Part shown: piece after piece, positions 8,572 to 19,382 of the stretch
Layout of the letters: each line of letters opens with the position of its first letter
How positions within the stretch are numbered: position 1 is the first letter of the stretch
NCBI GenBank assembly: GCA_021806925.1
Contig: JAKAPS010000003.1
Location: forward strand, 10,553 to 74,552
Direction: 5' to 3'
Length of the DNA: 64,000 nucleotides
Source of the DNA: a bacterium
GTDB taxonomy: Bacteria; Patescibacteriota; Dojkabacteria; JAKAPS01
The notes under the pieces: generated by a model
What the model saw: only the letters and a program-made list of their open reading frames with translations
Database searches by the model: none
Told to the model about the DNA's origin: nothing
Program-made: the position numbers and the translations under genes

Positions 8572-10341
8572 ATGAATGATGATAAAAAGCTTGGTGAAAT
8601 AGCATCAACTGCAATATGTGGAAATGATATACTAAGTTCTGTTTTGTATGTATCAGGAATTTCAGTGTCCGTTGCAGGTATATTTGCACCAGTTATATTG
8701 CTTGCCATAACATTAGTCTTGTTTTTCTATAAATCAGTATATATGGAAGTCGTTGAAGCACTTCCAATTAATGGTGGATCATATAACGCATTGTTAAATG
8801 GAACATCTAAGTCAGTTGCATCTATTGCTGGTGGTATGACAATACTCTCGTATACTGCAACAGCTGTTATATCTGCAAAATCAGGAGTTGATTATTTATT
8901 AAGTTTTATCCAACAAATTTCAATTCAAAATAGCTGGAGTGGTTTATTAAATCCAACATATATGTTTAATTATGAACCGTTATTAATAATCTCAATCCTC
9001 TTTATATTTGCAGCACTTGTTATTGGTGGTATAAAAGACTCAGCAAAAGTTGCTATGATGATTTTCATATTCCATATTGCAGTTCTCTTTATTTTTATGC
9101 TTTTTGCAATTGTATATCTTATATTTCATGGAGTTGGAAATATATTCGTCAATTTTCAATATACATATTTGCATATGTTACATGGAAATTTCAGTAATTT
9201 ATTTAACCTATTCTTTTTTGGCTTTGCTTCAGCCTTATTAGGTGTTTCAGGATTTGAAAGTTCTGCTAATTTCATTGAAGAACAAAAAAAAGGTGTCTTT
9301 AGAAAAACATTGAAGAATATGCTTATCGGTGTCCTTATATTTAATCCTTTAATAACATTTTTGATACTTGGAGTTATGAACATAACTCAGATAGCACACG
9401 CAAGTGACTATTTAATTGGTCAGAGTGGTTTCATTGTGGGTGGAATTTACTTACAAGCTTTGATTGCAATTGATGCATTTCTAGTCCTTAATGGTGCAGT
9501 GCTAACAGCATTTATTGGAGTATCTGGATTAGTTGCTAGAATGTCATTTGATGAATGTTTGCCTTTATTCCTATCAAAAATGAATAAAAGACAAACATTT
9601 TCAAGAATAGTTATTTCATTCTTTATTCTTTGCGTATCAATATATTTGATAACTGGGGGAAACATTGTATCTCTTGCTGGTGTATATGGAATAAGCTTCT
9701 TAAGCGTTATGACAATGTTTGCTTTTAGTAATCTTGTGTTAAGAGATACAAGAAAAGATTTGAAGAGAACATATTCAGCTCCAATTCTATTTGTAATATT
9801 TGCAATAGCATCTACATTAATTGGAATCCTTGGAAATATATTGAAATCACCAGTTAATCTAATATATTTCTTAATATATTACATTCCAACCATAGGAATA
9901 ATACAATATAGTATATATGAGTCAAACGTATTGTATGTATTAAAAACAAAGAGTATTTTGTTTAATAAATTCTTCGATAAATTATATCGAAAAAGTACAA
10001 ACAACAGTTTCTATTGTTTCATTCATCACACAAGTAAGTTATACAATATACTTGAATACATAGAGAAGAATGAAAATGGACAGGATATAACTCTTGTAAG
10101 GTGTATAGGAAGTGAAGATGATGCAAGTATAAGCATGTTGGTTGATGCTTTTAAACGAGCTGGTGCATTTCTGAATTTAAATATAAAGTTCATGTATTTA
10201 GACAAACATTTTAATCCTGAAGCGATTGATGAGTTAGTAAATAAATATATGATACCTAGAAATAGAATATTTATTGGTTCTATACATCACTTTCATGAAT
10301 TTGATTATGGAGACCTTGGTGGAGTAAGAATAATAACATAG
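8572..10341 (+). CDS. APC family amino acid permease with a C-terminal cytoplasmic domain
   Basis: AICGNDILSSVLY, EALPINGGSY and GVSGFESSANF motifs; about 12 TM helices. Confidence 0.88.
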   Translation: MNDDKKLGEIASTAICGNDILSSVLYVSGISVSVAGIFAPVILLAITLVLFFYKSVYMEVVEALPINGGSYNALLNGTSKSVASIAGGMTILSYTATAVISAKSGVDYLLSFIQQISIQNSWSGLLNPTYMFNYEPLLIISILFIFAALVIGGIKDSAKVAMMIFIFHIAVLFIFMLFAIVYLIFHGVGNIFVNFQYTYLHMLHGNFSNLFNLFFFGFASALLGVSGFESSANFIEEQKKGVFRKTLKNMLIGVLIFNPLITFLILGVMNITQIAHASDYLIGQSGFIVGGIYLQALIAIDAFLVLNGAVLTAFIGVSGLVARMSFDECLPLFLSKMNKRQTFSRIVISFFILCVSIYLITGGNIVSLAGVYGISFLSVMTMFAFSNLVLRDTRKDLKRTYSAPILFVIFAIASTLIGILGNILKSPVNLIYFLIYYIPTIGIIQYSIYESNVLYVLKTKSILFNKFFDKLYRKSTNNSFYCFIHHTSKLYNILEYIEKNENGQDITLVRCIGSEDDASISMLVDAFKRAGAFLNLNIKFMYLDKHFNPEAIDELVNKYMIPRNRIFIGSIHHFHEFDYGDLGGVRIIT

Positions 10342-10392
10342 GCAGAGATGTGTAAATCAACAACTGAAAATATGTGTCTATATATACAAAAT

Positions 10393-11448
10393 TTAAACTA
10401 GACCGTGTGCAGTGTTTTCTGTTTTTCCATTTTGTGTTATTCTTACAAATTTTGCTTTTCTATGAAATTCCTTAATTGTAGATGCTCCAGAATAACTCAT
10501 TGCAGATCTTAATCCCATAGCAAATGACTTTACTACGGATTCTAAGCTTCCTGTGTAAGGTATCAACCCAGATGCACCTTCTATGTAGTCTGAATCTTTC
10601 CCTTTATAGTCGGGGTCATTTATAGCTCTGGATTGTTTTGCTTCTTGTGATGCTTCACCCATATATACTTTGTATTTCTTTCCATCTTTTTCAATTAATT
10701 CAGAAGGAGCTTCAAGTGTTCCAGCAAATATTTTCCCGGCCATTACTGCATTTGCACCGGCACCAATTGCTTTTGATAAATCTGCACTTTTCTCTATTCC
10801 GCCATCTGCAATAAGTGTAACTCCTGAATCTTTCAGTATACTTGCACTTTCAAGAATTGCACTGAATTGTGGAACTCCTACACCTGCACTTAACCTGGTT
10901 GTACATGCAGCACCTGCTCCTACACCAAATTTAATTGAATCTGCACCTGCTTTTATAAGATCATCAATGCCTTCTTTAGTTGCAACAGTCCCAACAATAA
11001 GTGGAATGTTTGGGAATTCCTTTTTTAGTTTTTTTGTAGCATCAATTGCATATATGCTATGAGCATGTGGTGTATCTATGCTTATTGCATCAACCCCATT
11101 CTCTATAAGAGCCTTTGCTCTTTCCATAAATCCATGAACAGCACCCACAACTCCAATTACTTTAGCTTCCATTCTCTTTATCTCTTTAAGCATTGATACT
11201 TCTTTTTCAATGCTCTGAAATTGATGTAATTGTGCAATACCTCCTAATTCCCAAAGTTTAACTGCTAGTTCTATAGAGATAACAGTGTGCATACTCGCTG
11301 CAACTAACGGAACCTTAAGATCTATTCCTTTTACCAGATTTACACTTGTGTCTACATCATTTCTTGATAGAACAACTGAGTATTGTGGAATTATTAAAAC
11401 ATCATCATATGTCAAAAATATCTTTTTACTTAATTTCTCATTTCCCAC
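10393..11448 (-). CDS. IMP dehydrogenase / GMP reductase family protein without CBS domains
   Basis: LTYDDVLI, GVGAGAACTTR (catalytic Cys), IADGGI, YMGEAS and GLRSAMSY motifs. Confidence 0.9.
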   Translation of the reverse strand: MGNEKLSKKIFLTYDDVLIIPQYSVVLSRNDVDTSVNLVKGIDLKVPLVAASMHTVISIELAVKLWELGGIAQLHQFQSIEKEVSMLKEIKRMEAKVIGVVGAVHGFMERAKALIENGVDAISIDTPHAHSIYAIDATKKLKKEFPNIPLIVGTVATKEGIDDLIKAGADSIKFGVGAGAACTTRLSAGVGVPQFSAILESASILKDSGVTLIADGGIEKSADLSKAIGAGANAVMAGKIFAGTLEAPSELIEKDGKKYKVYMGEASQEAKQSRAINDPDYKGKDSDYIEGASGLIPYTGSLESVVKSFAMGLRSAMSYSGASTIKEFHRKAKFVRITQNGKTENTAHGLV

Positions 11449-11561
11449 CGAAGTGAATTATACATCTACTAGAATTTATTGTAAAAATAGTTCTCGGTAA
11501 ATATATTTTATTTGACAAGGTAAAAATATCATGAGAGACTTTATAAAACATACATAATAAC

Positions 11562-12911
11562 ATGCAAATTCCTAAAGCATTTAAAGAATTTTTTCACACT
11601 AAGAATACAATACTCATATCAGTTATATTCTTTGCTTTTGTTTGTTTATTGATTCTACTTTATTTTACTATATATGGAAAAATAAACAGAGAAATTTCAT
11701 ATTCTTCTTATCATCCATATACAACTGGAACTCCTGGAGTACAGGGATCAAACACATATACAACTGGTACTCCTTCTGTTACTCAAGCGGAGGGGCATAC
11801 ATCAAATAATATTGCACAAAATCTATCATCTTGTAGCGGAAATGGATACCTAACTGCTTCTCCATTATCAACATCTGCATACACATCAATTGATCCATTG
11901 GGACATTTAAATCCTCCATTTCATAACCTTCCAGATGATCATCCAGGATTCCAACTTGCTACAACAGGGTATGGAAGTAATATAAAGTCACTTCCTGAGA
12001 CTGTATATGCTCCTGGAGACGCAACTATACTTGAAATTGACAACCAGTCTGTAACTAGTTCAACAGGAACAATTAATGATTATCTAATAACTTTTGCACC
12101 TTGTAATGAATTGGTATTTTACTTAGGACATGTGTCAACACTTTCAAATACTCTTCTACAGCAAATTAATAACGTAAAAGGGCAATATAAATCATGTCAG
12201 GTAACTACTGAGAAAGCCGCAACAAGCAATGTATGTCAGTATTTTATTAATTTCCCAATAAAAGCAGGAGAAGTATTGGGAACTGCTGGTGGAAATGTTC
12301 TAGGAATGGATTTTGGAGCATATGATCTAAGAACTACTCCTCTTGCATTTATAGATCAGACAAGAAATATACAAGGATCGGACAGATACTTACATACAGT
12401 TTGTCCTTTTGACTATTATTCAAATGTATCAGTTCAGAATCAACTATATGCAAAGATTCAAAATACTCAAAAAGGGTCAAATGGTCTTCCATCATGTGGT
12501 ACTGATATGGAAGATGTTCCAAATACATTAGCAGGGAACTGGTATGTTCATCCATTCTCTGGTATTGGAGCTGATAATTGGAGTGAGCAATTATCATTCT
12601 CTCATTGGGAAACAAATCCAGATATTCAAGCACTTGTTTATGGAGGAACAGTTGTGCCAAATGGTGCAATGATTATTTATAACCCTAAAACAAGTGGTTA
12701 TGTTAACAGAATGCCTAATCAAGTAACTGCAGATGGGCAAATATATTGCTATTATCAGGATAATTTTACTACTGATTATGGGCAATCACCTCAAGATGGT
12801 GGGCATTTCATTGTACAATTAATAAATAGTACAACTATGAAAATTGAATTCCAATCGGGGAGCTGTCCTATATATCCAAAGTTTAACAATCCTACTACAT
12901 ATATTCGTTGA
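11562..12911 (+). CDS. Membrane-anchored exported hypothetical protein, Cys-containing, possibly a degenerate M23-like fold
   Basis: N-terminal TM, Thr/Ser linker with YTTGTP repeated twice, VYAPGDATI and KAGEVLGTAG segments. Confidence 0.6.
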   Translation: MQIPKAFKEFFHTKNTILISVIFFAFVCLLILLYFTIYGKINREISYSSYHPYTTGTPGVQGSNTYTTGTPSVTQAEGHTSNNIAQNLSSCSGNGYLTASPLSTSAYTSIDPLGHLNPPFHNLPDDHPGFQLATTGYGSNIKSLPETVYAPGDATILEIDNQSVTSSTGTINDYLITFAPCNELVFYLGHVSTLSNTLLQQINNVKGQYKSCQVTTEKAATSNVCQYFINFPIKAGEVLGTAGGNVLGMDFGAYDLRTTPLAFIDQTRNIQGSDRYLHTVCPFDYYSNVSVQNQLYAKIQNTQKGSNGLPSCGTDMEDVPNTLAGNWYVHPFSGIGADNWSEQLSFSHWETNPDIQALVYGGTVVPNGAMIIYNPKTSGYVNRMPNQVTADGQIYCYYQDNFTTDYGQSPQDGGHFIVQLINSTTMKIEFQSGSCPIYPKFNNPTTYIR

Positions 12912-13196
12912 TACTATTACGCGAATATATACTATAAGTACTTAATTGTAGGAATTGGTATTCACTCAATAATATTGTGTAATTTAATATACATCTTTTA
13001 TAGAAATTACAAAAAGCAATATATTTCTGGATATTAATTAGAATTTTACACTACATTACTAATGGGATATATTAATTGTAGCGAGTGTTTATAATTTGAG
13101 ATTTAAAGGAACAATAGAAAATCCTATATCTTATTTGATACTAATCTTCAATTTGAATATAATGTATATACCTTATAGAAATATGTCTTGTGTAGT

Positions 13197-13994
13197 ATGT
13201 ACAAATACTTATATTATATAAAAATACAATTTGCAGTATATTTTGCATACACGTGGAATCTTATTGTAGATATTTTATTGTCATTTCTAGGCATTATTAT
13301 TATATTATTTGTGTGGAATTCAATTTATATGGCACATGGTTCATTAAGTGGTTATTCATTCAACTCAATTGTAGTTTACTATTTATTTGTAGTCGCATTA
13401 GGTAAACTTGTTTATTCAGGAACTGCTAAGACACTTACTACTTACATATATAACGGAACATTAGCTACATTTCAAATTCGTCCTGCTAATATACGTCTCC
13501 TGTTGTTTATTGAGGATTTCGTAAATATTTTTATAAATACAGTAATTAGTATGATAATAACTAGTTTCTGTTTATTTATATTTAGTGGATTATGGCCGTC
13601 TGCAAATATTAGCTTTATATCGTTTATGCTATTTATTCCTGCATATATTTTTGCTGTTATAATAAATTACATGTTGTATTTTATTGTTGGAACTGCTGCT
13701 TTCTGGACTACTACTGTTGGTGGGTTACGGATTACTATATCAACCTTTATAAAGATATTTACTGGTGCCTTAGTTCCATTAACACTATTTCCAAATTATA
13801 TAAAGAATATTATAAGCATTACACCTTTTCCATACTTAATAAATTTTCCAATAAATGTAATAACAAATAACATAGCATTAGACAATATATTGAAAGAATA
13901 TTTAATCGAGATACTTTGGACAGTAATTCTTTTTTTATTGTGTAATATATTATGGAAGAAAGGAATAAAGCAATATGAATCTATTGGTAATTAA
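13197..13994 (+). CDS. ABC-2 type transporter permease
   Basis: About 6 TM helices; GTLATFQIRP, GALVPLTLFP and C-terminal WKKGIKQYESIG motifs. Confidence 0.85.
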   Translation: MYKYLYYIKIQFAVYFAYTWNLIVDILLSFLGIIIILFVWNSIYMAHGSLSGYSFNSIVVYYLFVVALGKLVYSGTAKTLTTYIYNGTLATFQIRPANIRLLLFIEDFVNIFINTVISMIITSFCLFIFSGLWPSANISFISFMLFIPAYIFAVIINYMLYFIVGTAAFWTTTVGGLRITISTFIKIFTGALVPLTLFPNYIKNIISITPFPYLINFPINVITNNIALDNILKEYLIEILWTVILFLLCNILWKKGIKQYESIGN

Positions 13995-14778
13995 AAAATA
14001 TATAAAAATATTATATTTGGAAATAAGAATATCAATCAGGAAATTTACAACTTATAAAATAGATTTTGTTTTATCTTTGTTTTCAATGATTTTATACATT
14101 CTAACATATCTATTATTTATTGGGTATCTGTTTTTGAGAGTTCATGCAATAGCTAATTGGAATATATATCAAATATTAATACTCATAGGTTTTGGTCAAT
14201 TCTGGGCTGGTTTTTACTTCATGTTCATATTCACAAGTTCACGTAAATTCATTGATGATTTTATACAGGGACAATATGATTTTATAGTACTCAAACCAAT
14301 TAATACGCGTTTCATGATATTTGTAAAAGATATTGATTTTTCTTCATTAGTCCTTATTATCGAAGGGATAATATTAATTGCATATAGTTTTGTAAATTTA
14401 CATTTTGCTCCTTCATTTGAGGAAATATGTTTAACTATGTTTATTTTTGTGATTGCATTACATATAGCTTTTAATATGCAATCAATTTTACTATCAATAT
14501 ATATTCTAATTCCACAAAGGAGTCATTTATACAACCTTCTAAACGATTTTAGTGAATTTGGCAATTTTCCTTATGAAGTATATGGAAAATTTATGTTTCT
14601 AGTATTAACCTTTGTTGTACCAATAGTTATTCTAGTTAATTTCCCAGTAAGAGCATTGCTAGGAATTTCCACATTTAACAATTACATAATAGTTTTTGTT
14701 GTTGAAATATTATTTATGTTTGCTTCGAATATAATGTGGAGATTCAGCATGAAACGCTATGTAAGTTTTGGCGGTTAA
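13975..14778 (+). CDS. ABC-2 type transporter permease
   Basis: GQYDFIVLKP, FPYEVY and C-terminal WRFSMKRYVSFGG motifs. Confidence 0.85.
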   Translation: MNLLVIKKYIKILYLEIRISIRKFTTYKIDFVLSLFSMILYILTYLLFIGYLFLRVHAIANWNIYQILILIGFGQFWAGFYFMFIFTSSRKFIDDFIQGQYDFIVLKPINTRFMIFVKDIDFSSLVLIIEGIILIAYSFVNLHFAPSFEEICLTMFIFVIALHIAFNMQSILLSIYILIPQRSHLYNLLNDFSEFGNFPYEVYGKFMFLVLTFVVPIVILVNFPVRALLGISTFNNYIIVFVVEILFMFASNIMWRFSMKRYVSFGG

Positions 14779-15776
14779 TATTCATGAGAATAAATCTGTT
14801 TTACAATTTCCTTTAAGTCAGGCTCGTTTATATTAATATCTTTAACTGGAAAATCACGAATTATTTCAGATATTTTTTGTAAGTGGTTAATTTTTGGTAT
14901 TGAGATTGTAATTACATTTTTATTTCTATATATTACATCTGAATGTAGATTTGATTCATTTATTTCCTTTGTAAATTCTATAGTTACATGTTTATCTTTC
15001 ACATATGAATTTATAAGTTGATTCATGTCACCATCAAAAATTATCTTTCCTTTATTAATCATAATAACTCTTGAACATAGTTCCTCAATGTCGTCCATAT
15101 AATGAGAAGTAAGAATAATTGTGGTTTTCTTTTCCTTATTATATTTTTTCAAAAATTCTCTAATATTCTGTTGTGTTGTTACATCTAATCCTATTGTTGG
15201 TTCATCAAGGAATAAGACCTCTGGTGAATATATGAGAGAGGATGCAAGTTCACATTTCATCCTTTGACCTAGGGACAATTTTCTAGCTTGTACTTGTAGT
15301 AATTCTTCTATATTTAGATAATATATAAGTTCATCAAGCTTATTTTTGAAATCAATATCTGTAACATCATATAGTCCCTTGTTTAGTATCAATGTATCAT
15401 ATACAGGTAAATCCCACTGAAGCTGACTTTTTTGTCCCATTACAAATGATATTTTGTGTAGGAAATTATAATTCCTTTCAGCAGGCTTATAACCTAAAAC
15501 ATTTATAGATCCACTTGTTGGATGTAATATACCTGAAAGCATTTTCATTGTTGTTGTTTTACCTGCTCCATTAGATCCGATAAATCCAACGAATTCTCCC
15601 TTTTTCACTTCGAAAGAAATATCATTTACTGCAAAAAAAGGATTATTTCTTTTTCTAAGAAGATATTTTAATTCATATTTAAATTTTTTCTCTTCTTTAA
15701 CTTTTTTATTAAAGGTGCGTGAAACATTCTGTAATTTTATAGCAGCAGGATCTTTATCGTTAGATTGCATATACAT
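14775..15776 (-). CDS. ABC transporter ATP-binding protein
   Basis: Walker A GSNGAGKTT, signature LSLGQRMK, Walker B LFLDEPT, H-loop TSHYM. Confidence 0.93.
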   Translation of the reverse strand: MYMQSNDKDPAAIKLQNVSRTFNKKVKEEKKFKYELKYLLRKRNNPFFAVNDISFEVKKGEFVGFIGSNGAGKTTTMKMLSGILHPTSGSINVLGYKPAERNYNFLHKISFVMGQKSQLQWDLPVYDTLILNKGLYDVTDIDFKNKLDELIYYLNIEELLQVQARKLSLGQRMKCELASSLIYSPEVLFLDEPTIGLDVTTQQNIREFLKKYNKEKKTTIILTSHYMDDIEELCSRVIMINKGKIIFDGDMNQLINSYVKDKHVTIEFTKEINESNLHSDVIYRNKNVITISIPKINHLQKISEIIRDFPVKDININEPDLKEIVKQIYSHEY

Positions 15777-15893
15777 GCATTATAACAATAAATATTATAA
15801 TATTATATCTTATTGATAATAATTTTTTCCAAAGTGAACTATAAACTACAAACCTTTTTCTACTATTATTGTATTATAAGAAATAAAAGGTAT

Positions 15894-16558
15894 ATGGAAG
15901 AATATAAAATTAAACTTGAAAAAATATTACGAGAAATGTTTAATGGAGAAAGCAGTGGACATGATATTTATCACCTGAATCGCGTATATAATCTTGCACT
16001 ACATATACAAACTAAAGAAGGATGGGGATAGAACAAGTTGTAGGTATTTCTGCATTCCTTCATGATATTCATCGTTTGATGCAAAATGAAACTGGAAAAT
16101 TTATTCATCCAAAAGATTCATTAGTGAAAGTTAATGAAGTGTTAGAAATGGTAATGTTTCCAAAGGAAAAAATTCCTAAAGTTATACATTGAATTGAATT
16201 TCATGAAGAATATTCATTCTCTATAAATGGTCAAACAGTGGATGATATAGAGACGCTTATTTTACAGGATGCTGATAATTTAGATGCAATTGGGGCGATA
16301 GGTATAGGAAGAACATTTACATATGGTGGATCCCATGGTATTACTTTGTGGGCTCCTGAAATACCTTTAAATTCTGAAGGTTCATATGATGAGTCAATGA
16401 TTCACGATCCTTCTACAATTCATCATTTTTACCATAAACTTTTTCGATTAGACGAAAATATGAATACTAATGTAAGTAAAGAGATTGCAATAAAAAGAAT
16501 TCAGTAAATGAAAGAATTCGTGGATAGATTCATTTTGGAGTGGGCAGTTAATGATTGA
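15894..16558 (+). pseudogene. HD-domain phosphohydrolase pseudogene
   Basis: SGHDIYHLNRV, AFLHDIHR and LQDADNLDAIGAIGIGRTF segments broken by frameshifts near 16023-16031, an in-frame TGA near 16190 and TAA at 16505. Confidence 0.82.
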
Positions 16559-16620
16559 TAAATAAGAAGTATTCTATATTTGCAAATACAAATGTAATTG
16601 AAATGATGTATAATAACGGT

Positions 16621-17073
16621 ATGGATTTAAAACAGTTAATACAACAGTATCTTCAGGAAGCGAAATTAATGCAAGTAGCAACATCAATGGAGAATCAACC
16701 TTGGATTTGTAGTGTTTGGTTTGCTGCTGATGAGGATCTAAATATCTATTGGCTTTCGTCAACAAAAAGAAGGCATTCTGCTGAGGTTATAGAAAACAGG
16801 AAGGTTGCAGCCGCAATGGCACTTCCTCAGAATCCTCAAGATCCACCAAGGGGATTGCAAATACAAGGAGAAGCAGAATTGCTAACAAACAAAATAGATA
16901 TTGATAAAGCATTATCAGTTTATTCTGGTCGAATTTTTTCTACTGAAAAAATAAATGAGTTTATGAGTAGCTCTGAAAACCCTCATAGATTTTATAGAAT
17001 AAAACCTACACAGTTTGTACTGTATGATGCAATACATTTCCCTGGGAATGCAAGACAGGAATATATTTTATAA
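16621..17073 (+). CDS. Pyridoxamine 5'-phosphate oxidase family (split-barrel flavin-binding) protein
   Basis: MQVATS..NQPWICSVWFA, IYWLSS..RRHS and RGLQIQGEA motifs. Confidence 0.82.
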   Translation: MDLKQLIQQYLQEAKLMQVATSMENQPWICSVWFAADEDLNIYWLSSTKRRHSAEVIENRKVAAAMALPQNPQDPPRGLQIQGEAELLTNKIDIDKALSVYSGRIFSTEKINEFMSSSENPHRFYRIKPTQFVLYDAIHFPGNARQEYIL

Positions 17074-17583
17074 GAACAATATGCTGCTTTTTAAACTATA
17101 TAAATTTTATAGTTAATTGTATTGTTATATATTTTATTATTAGATAAGTGTTGCAAACAGGTTAGTAATTAAAAAAATATATATAGTATCTTTCTAAATG
17201 CAGGAGTTGAGTAGATGTCGAATTAGGTTGATATAATAGGCTGAGAAGGACTTGTTTCTTTACGTCTCTAGGGACTACATACCAATTAAAATGTATTTAC
17301 TATGTGTTGAAATATATAACTTTTTTAATACGTTAATAATATTATTTTTAATGTCAATATTTTATCAAGATGATTTAACCACTAATAAAACACAGTAGTC
17401 CATTGATTTAATTCCTGTTAATTGTTATTTTTTTTGAACACATTGTTTCTATAATATTTAGAAAGATACGATATAATAGAAAATCTTTAGAGAACTATTC
17501 AGCACGTTCTAATAATAAAGTTGTGCCATAAAGGATGATGATATTATTATTTTGAAAGATAAACAATTAATCTAATCTTGAGC

Positions 17584-18738
17584 CTATAGAATCATACTTT
17601 CAATGTTTCCCAATGTAACAATCTTTTCTTGTGCTTCTGCATAAGTATTTTTAAAAGCAGGTGTTATAGATGCTTTCCTTAATTTAAACTCTATTGCATA
17701 GATTTTGGTATCTTTTTGAAGAATAAGATCTACTTCGCTCCCCCATTTAGTTCTCCAATAGTATGGTTGATAGTTTAATCCATAATAGCTGTTCAGTTTT
17801 ATAATTTCGTTTATAGCAAAGTTTTCAAATATGGATCCATAGTCATTTCTAAATTCTACTGGTGAAAAATCATTAATAATAGCATTTCTGATACCTAAAT
17901 CATAAAAATATACTTTCTCAGTTTTTCCTATCTCATCTCTACGTTTTTTAGTATATGGTGAAAGAGTATAAATGATGAATGTTTTTTTCAAAATTTCAAG
18001 ATATTTTAATATAGTTGGCCTTTCTATACCAATTCTGCTAGATAATTCAGTCACATTGATTTGTTGACCGATTTGATAAGCAAGCAGCCTAAGAAGTGAC
18101 AGCAGGCTTTTGGTATCTTTTACCAAATTAAGATAAAAAACATCTTTCAAGATACTACTATCAACTAGTTCTTGTAAATAATTAACTTTATCTTCTATAT
18201 TTAGAAGTTCTGGATATAAGCCAAACTGCATTGACTCCTTTAATTCTGTTTGAAACTGTATCTTATTCTCAACGTCAAAATTAATAGATTGAGTATTTGA
18301 CTGTATTTTATTCTCTTGAACAAGTTTTTCTTTAAATGACAAAGGGTAAAGTTTAAAAGTCTTTTTTCTACCAGCAAGACTTTCACTGGCTTTGTTTGCA
18401 ATTTCTAGAGATAAGGAACCAGAAATAATGAGTTGTATATCTTTCCATTCATCATATAGAACTTTTGCAATAAGGCCAGGATCATCCAATCGCTGTACTT
18501 CATCAAGGATTAAAGTACGTGTTATCTTACCATTATTTTCTCTATACACAAGGTCCTTAATAGCTGCAATATCTCTAGAATTAAAAACATCTATATAATT
18601 ACTTTTTTCGATGTTTATATAAGTGGCCTCTGGAAAAGAATCTTTTAAAAGTGTAGTTTTCCCTACTTGTCTAGCTCCTAACAAAATCTTAACTTTGTCT
18701 GTTTTTTGTTTTATTGTTGTATTTAGTATTCTATACAT
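17584..18738 (-). CDS. AAA_14 ATPase with DUF4143 domain
   Basis: GARQVGKTT, LILDEVQ, SESLAGR, KVYFYDLGIRN, FENF and YYWRT..GSEVD..IEFK motifs. Confidence 0.9.
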   Translation of the reverse strand: MYRILNTTIKQKTDKVKILLGARQVGKTTLLKDSFPEATYINIEKSNYIDVFNSRDIAAIKDLVYRENNGKITRTLILDEVQRLDDPGLIAKVLYDEWKDIQLIISGSLSLEIANKASESLAGRKKTFKLYPLSFKEKLVQENKIQSNTQSINFDVENKIQFQTELKESMQFGLYPELLNIEDKVNYLQELVDSSILKDVFYLNLVKDTKSLLSLLRLLAYQIGQQINVTELSSRIGIERPTILKYLEILKKTFIIYTLSPYTKKRRDEIGKTEKVYFYDLGIRNAIINDFSPVEFRNDYGSIFENFAINEIIKLNSYYGLNYQPYYWRTKWGSEVDLILQKDTKIYAIEFKLRKASITPAFKNTYAEAQEKIVTLGNIESMIL

Positions 18739-19085
18739 AGTAGGTGTATGATGTACACTGTATTATACCAAATCAACCTACTTTTTGTATAGTAGGTGGG
18801 TTGTAATATGTCAGGAATGAACAAAATTAAGAAAAATCAAAAGGGTTGTATTCATAGGAACGTATCCCCATGAGAAAAGATATTGGGTTAATAGATCTAT
18901 ATTTTAGTGTAGTTGCCAAATCACTTATTAAATTATTCGTGTAGCTAAAGCAAAGCAGAATGTCATAAATAATGTGATATAGTAGAAGGGGAGAAATCTG
19001 CAAAAAATAGATGAGTAAGGATGTTTAATTGATGGTTTTAGTTAAGTTTGAAGATGATAGTTCCAAAGTTCAGAAGCTTTTAATA

Positions 19086-19295
19086 GGGCTCTGTCAAGAG
19101 TTTTGTGTAAATAGCTTCTTTGATGTATTTCATACAATTTTATTAATATCAACCTTCCAAGGTATTTGTGACCTTTCAGGTTACTATGGTAGTAGTATAT
19201 AAAACAAATACTTAAAATTTTAGATTCGTCACGTCAGACATCAATTTTTCATGGTTTTCTGTTTAAGAGTAATTTTAAGACACTCGATGCTTTTA
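19086..19295 (-). mobile_element. Degenerate IS256-family remnant (terminal inverted repeat plus transposase C-terminus)
   Basis: GGGCTCTGTCAAGAGTTTTGTGTAAATAG at 19086-19114 resembles IS256-type ends; minus strand reads SIECLKITLKQKT/IDV*RDESKILSICF...YLHKTLDRA with a frameshift and a stop. Confidence 0.55.
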
Positions 19296-19382
19296 AGCAT
19301 AGATATTTTTTACTTAAAATGAATATTATTTATAAACAATGTCAATTATTGATATAATAATGTTAGTTAAAATTTAAAGTTT

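Noticed and set aside
16190-16192. In-frame TGA in the HD gene as a sign of genetic code 25 or selenocysteine
   Set aside because: The same gene also has frameshifts and an in-frame TAA, and TGA ends intact genes elsewhere (rpsE, rpsK, rplD, map)
17093-17114. AT-only hairpin after the PNPOx-like gene
   Set aside because: Too weak to call a terminator in such AT-rich DNA
18818-18910. Possible glycosyltransferase N-terminal remnant (KRVVFIGTYP)
   Set aside because: Too short and disrupted to support a call
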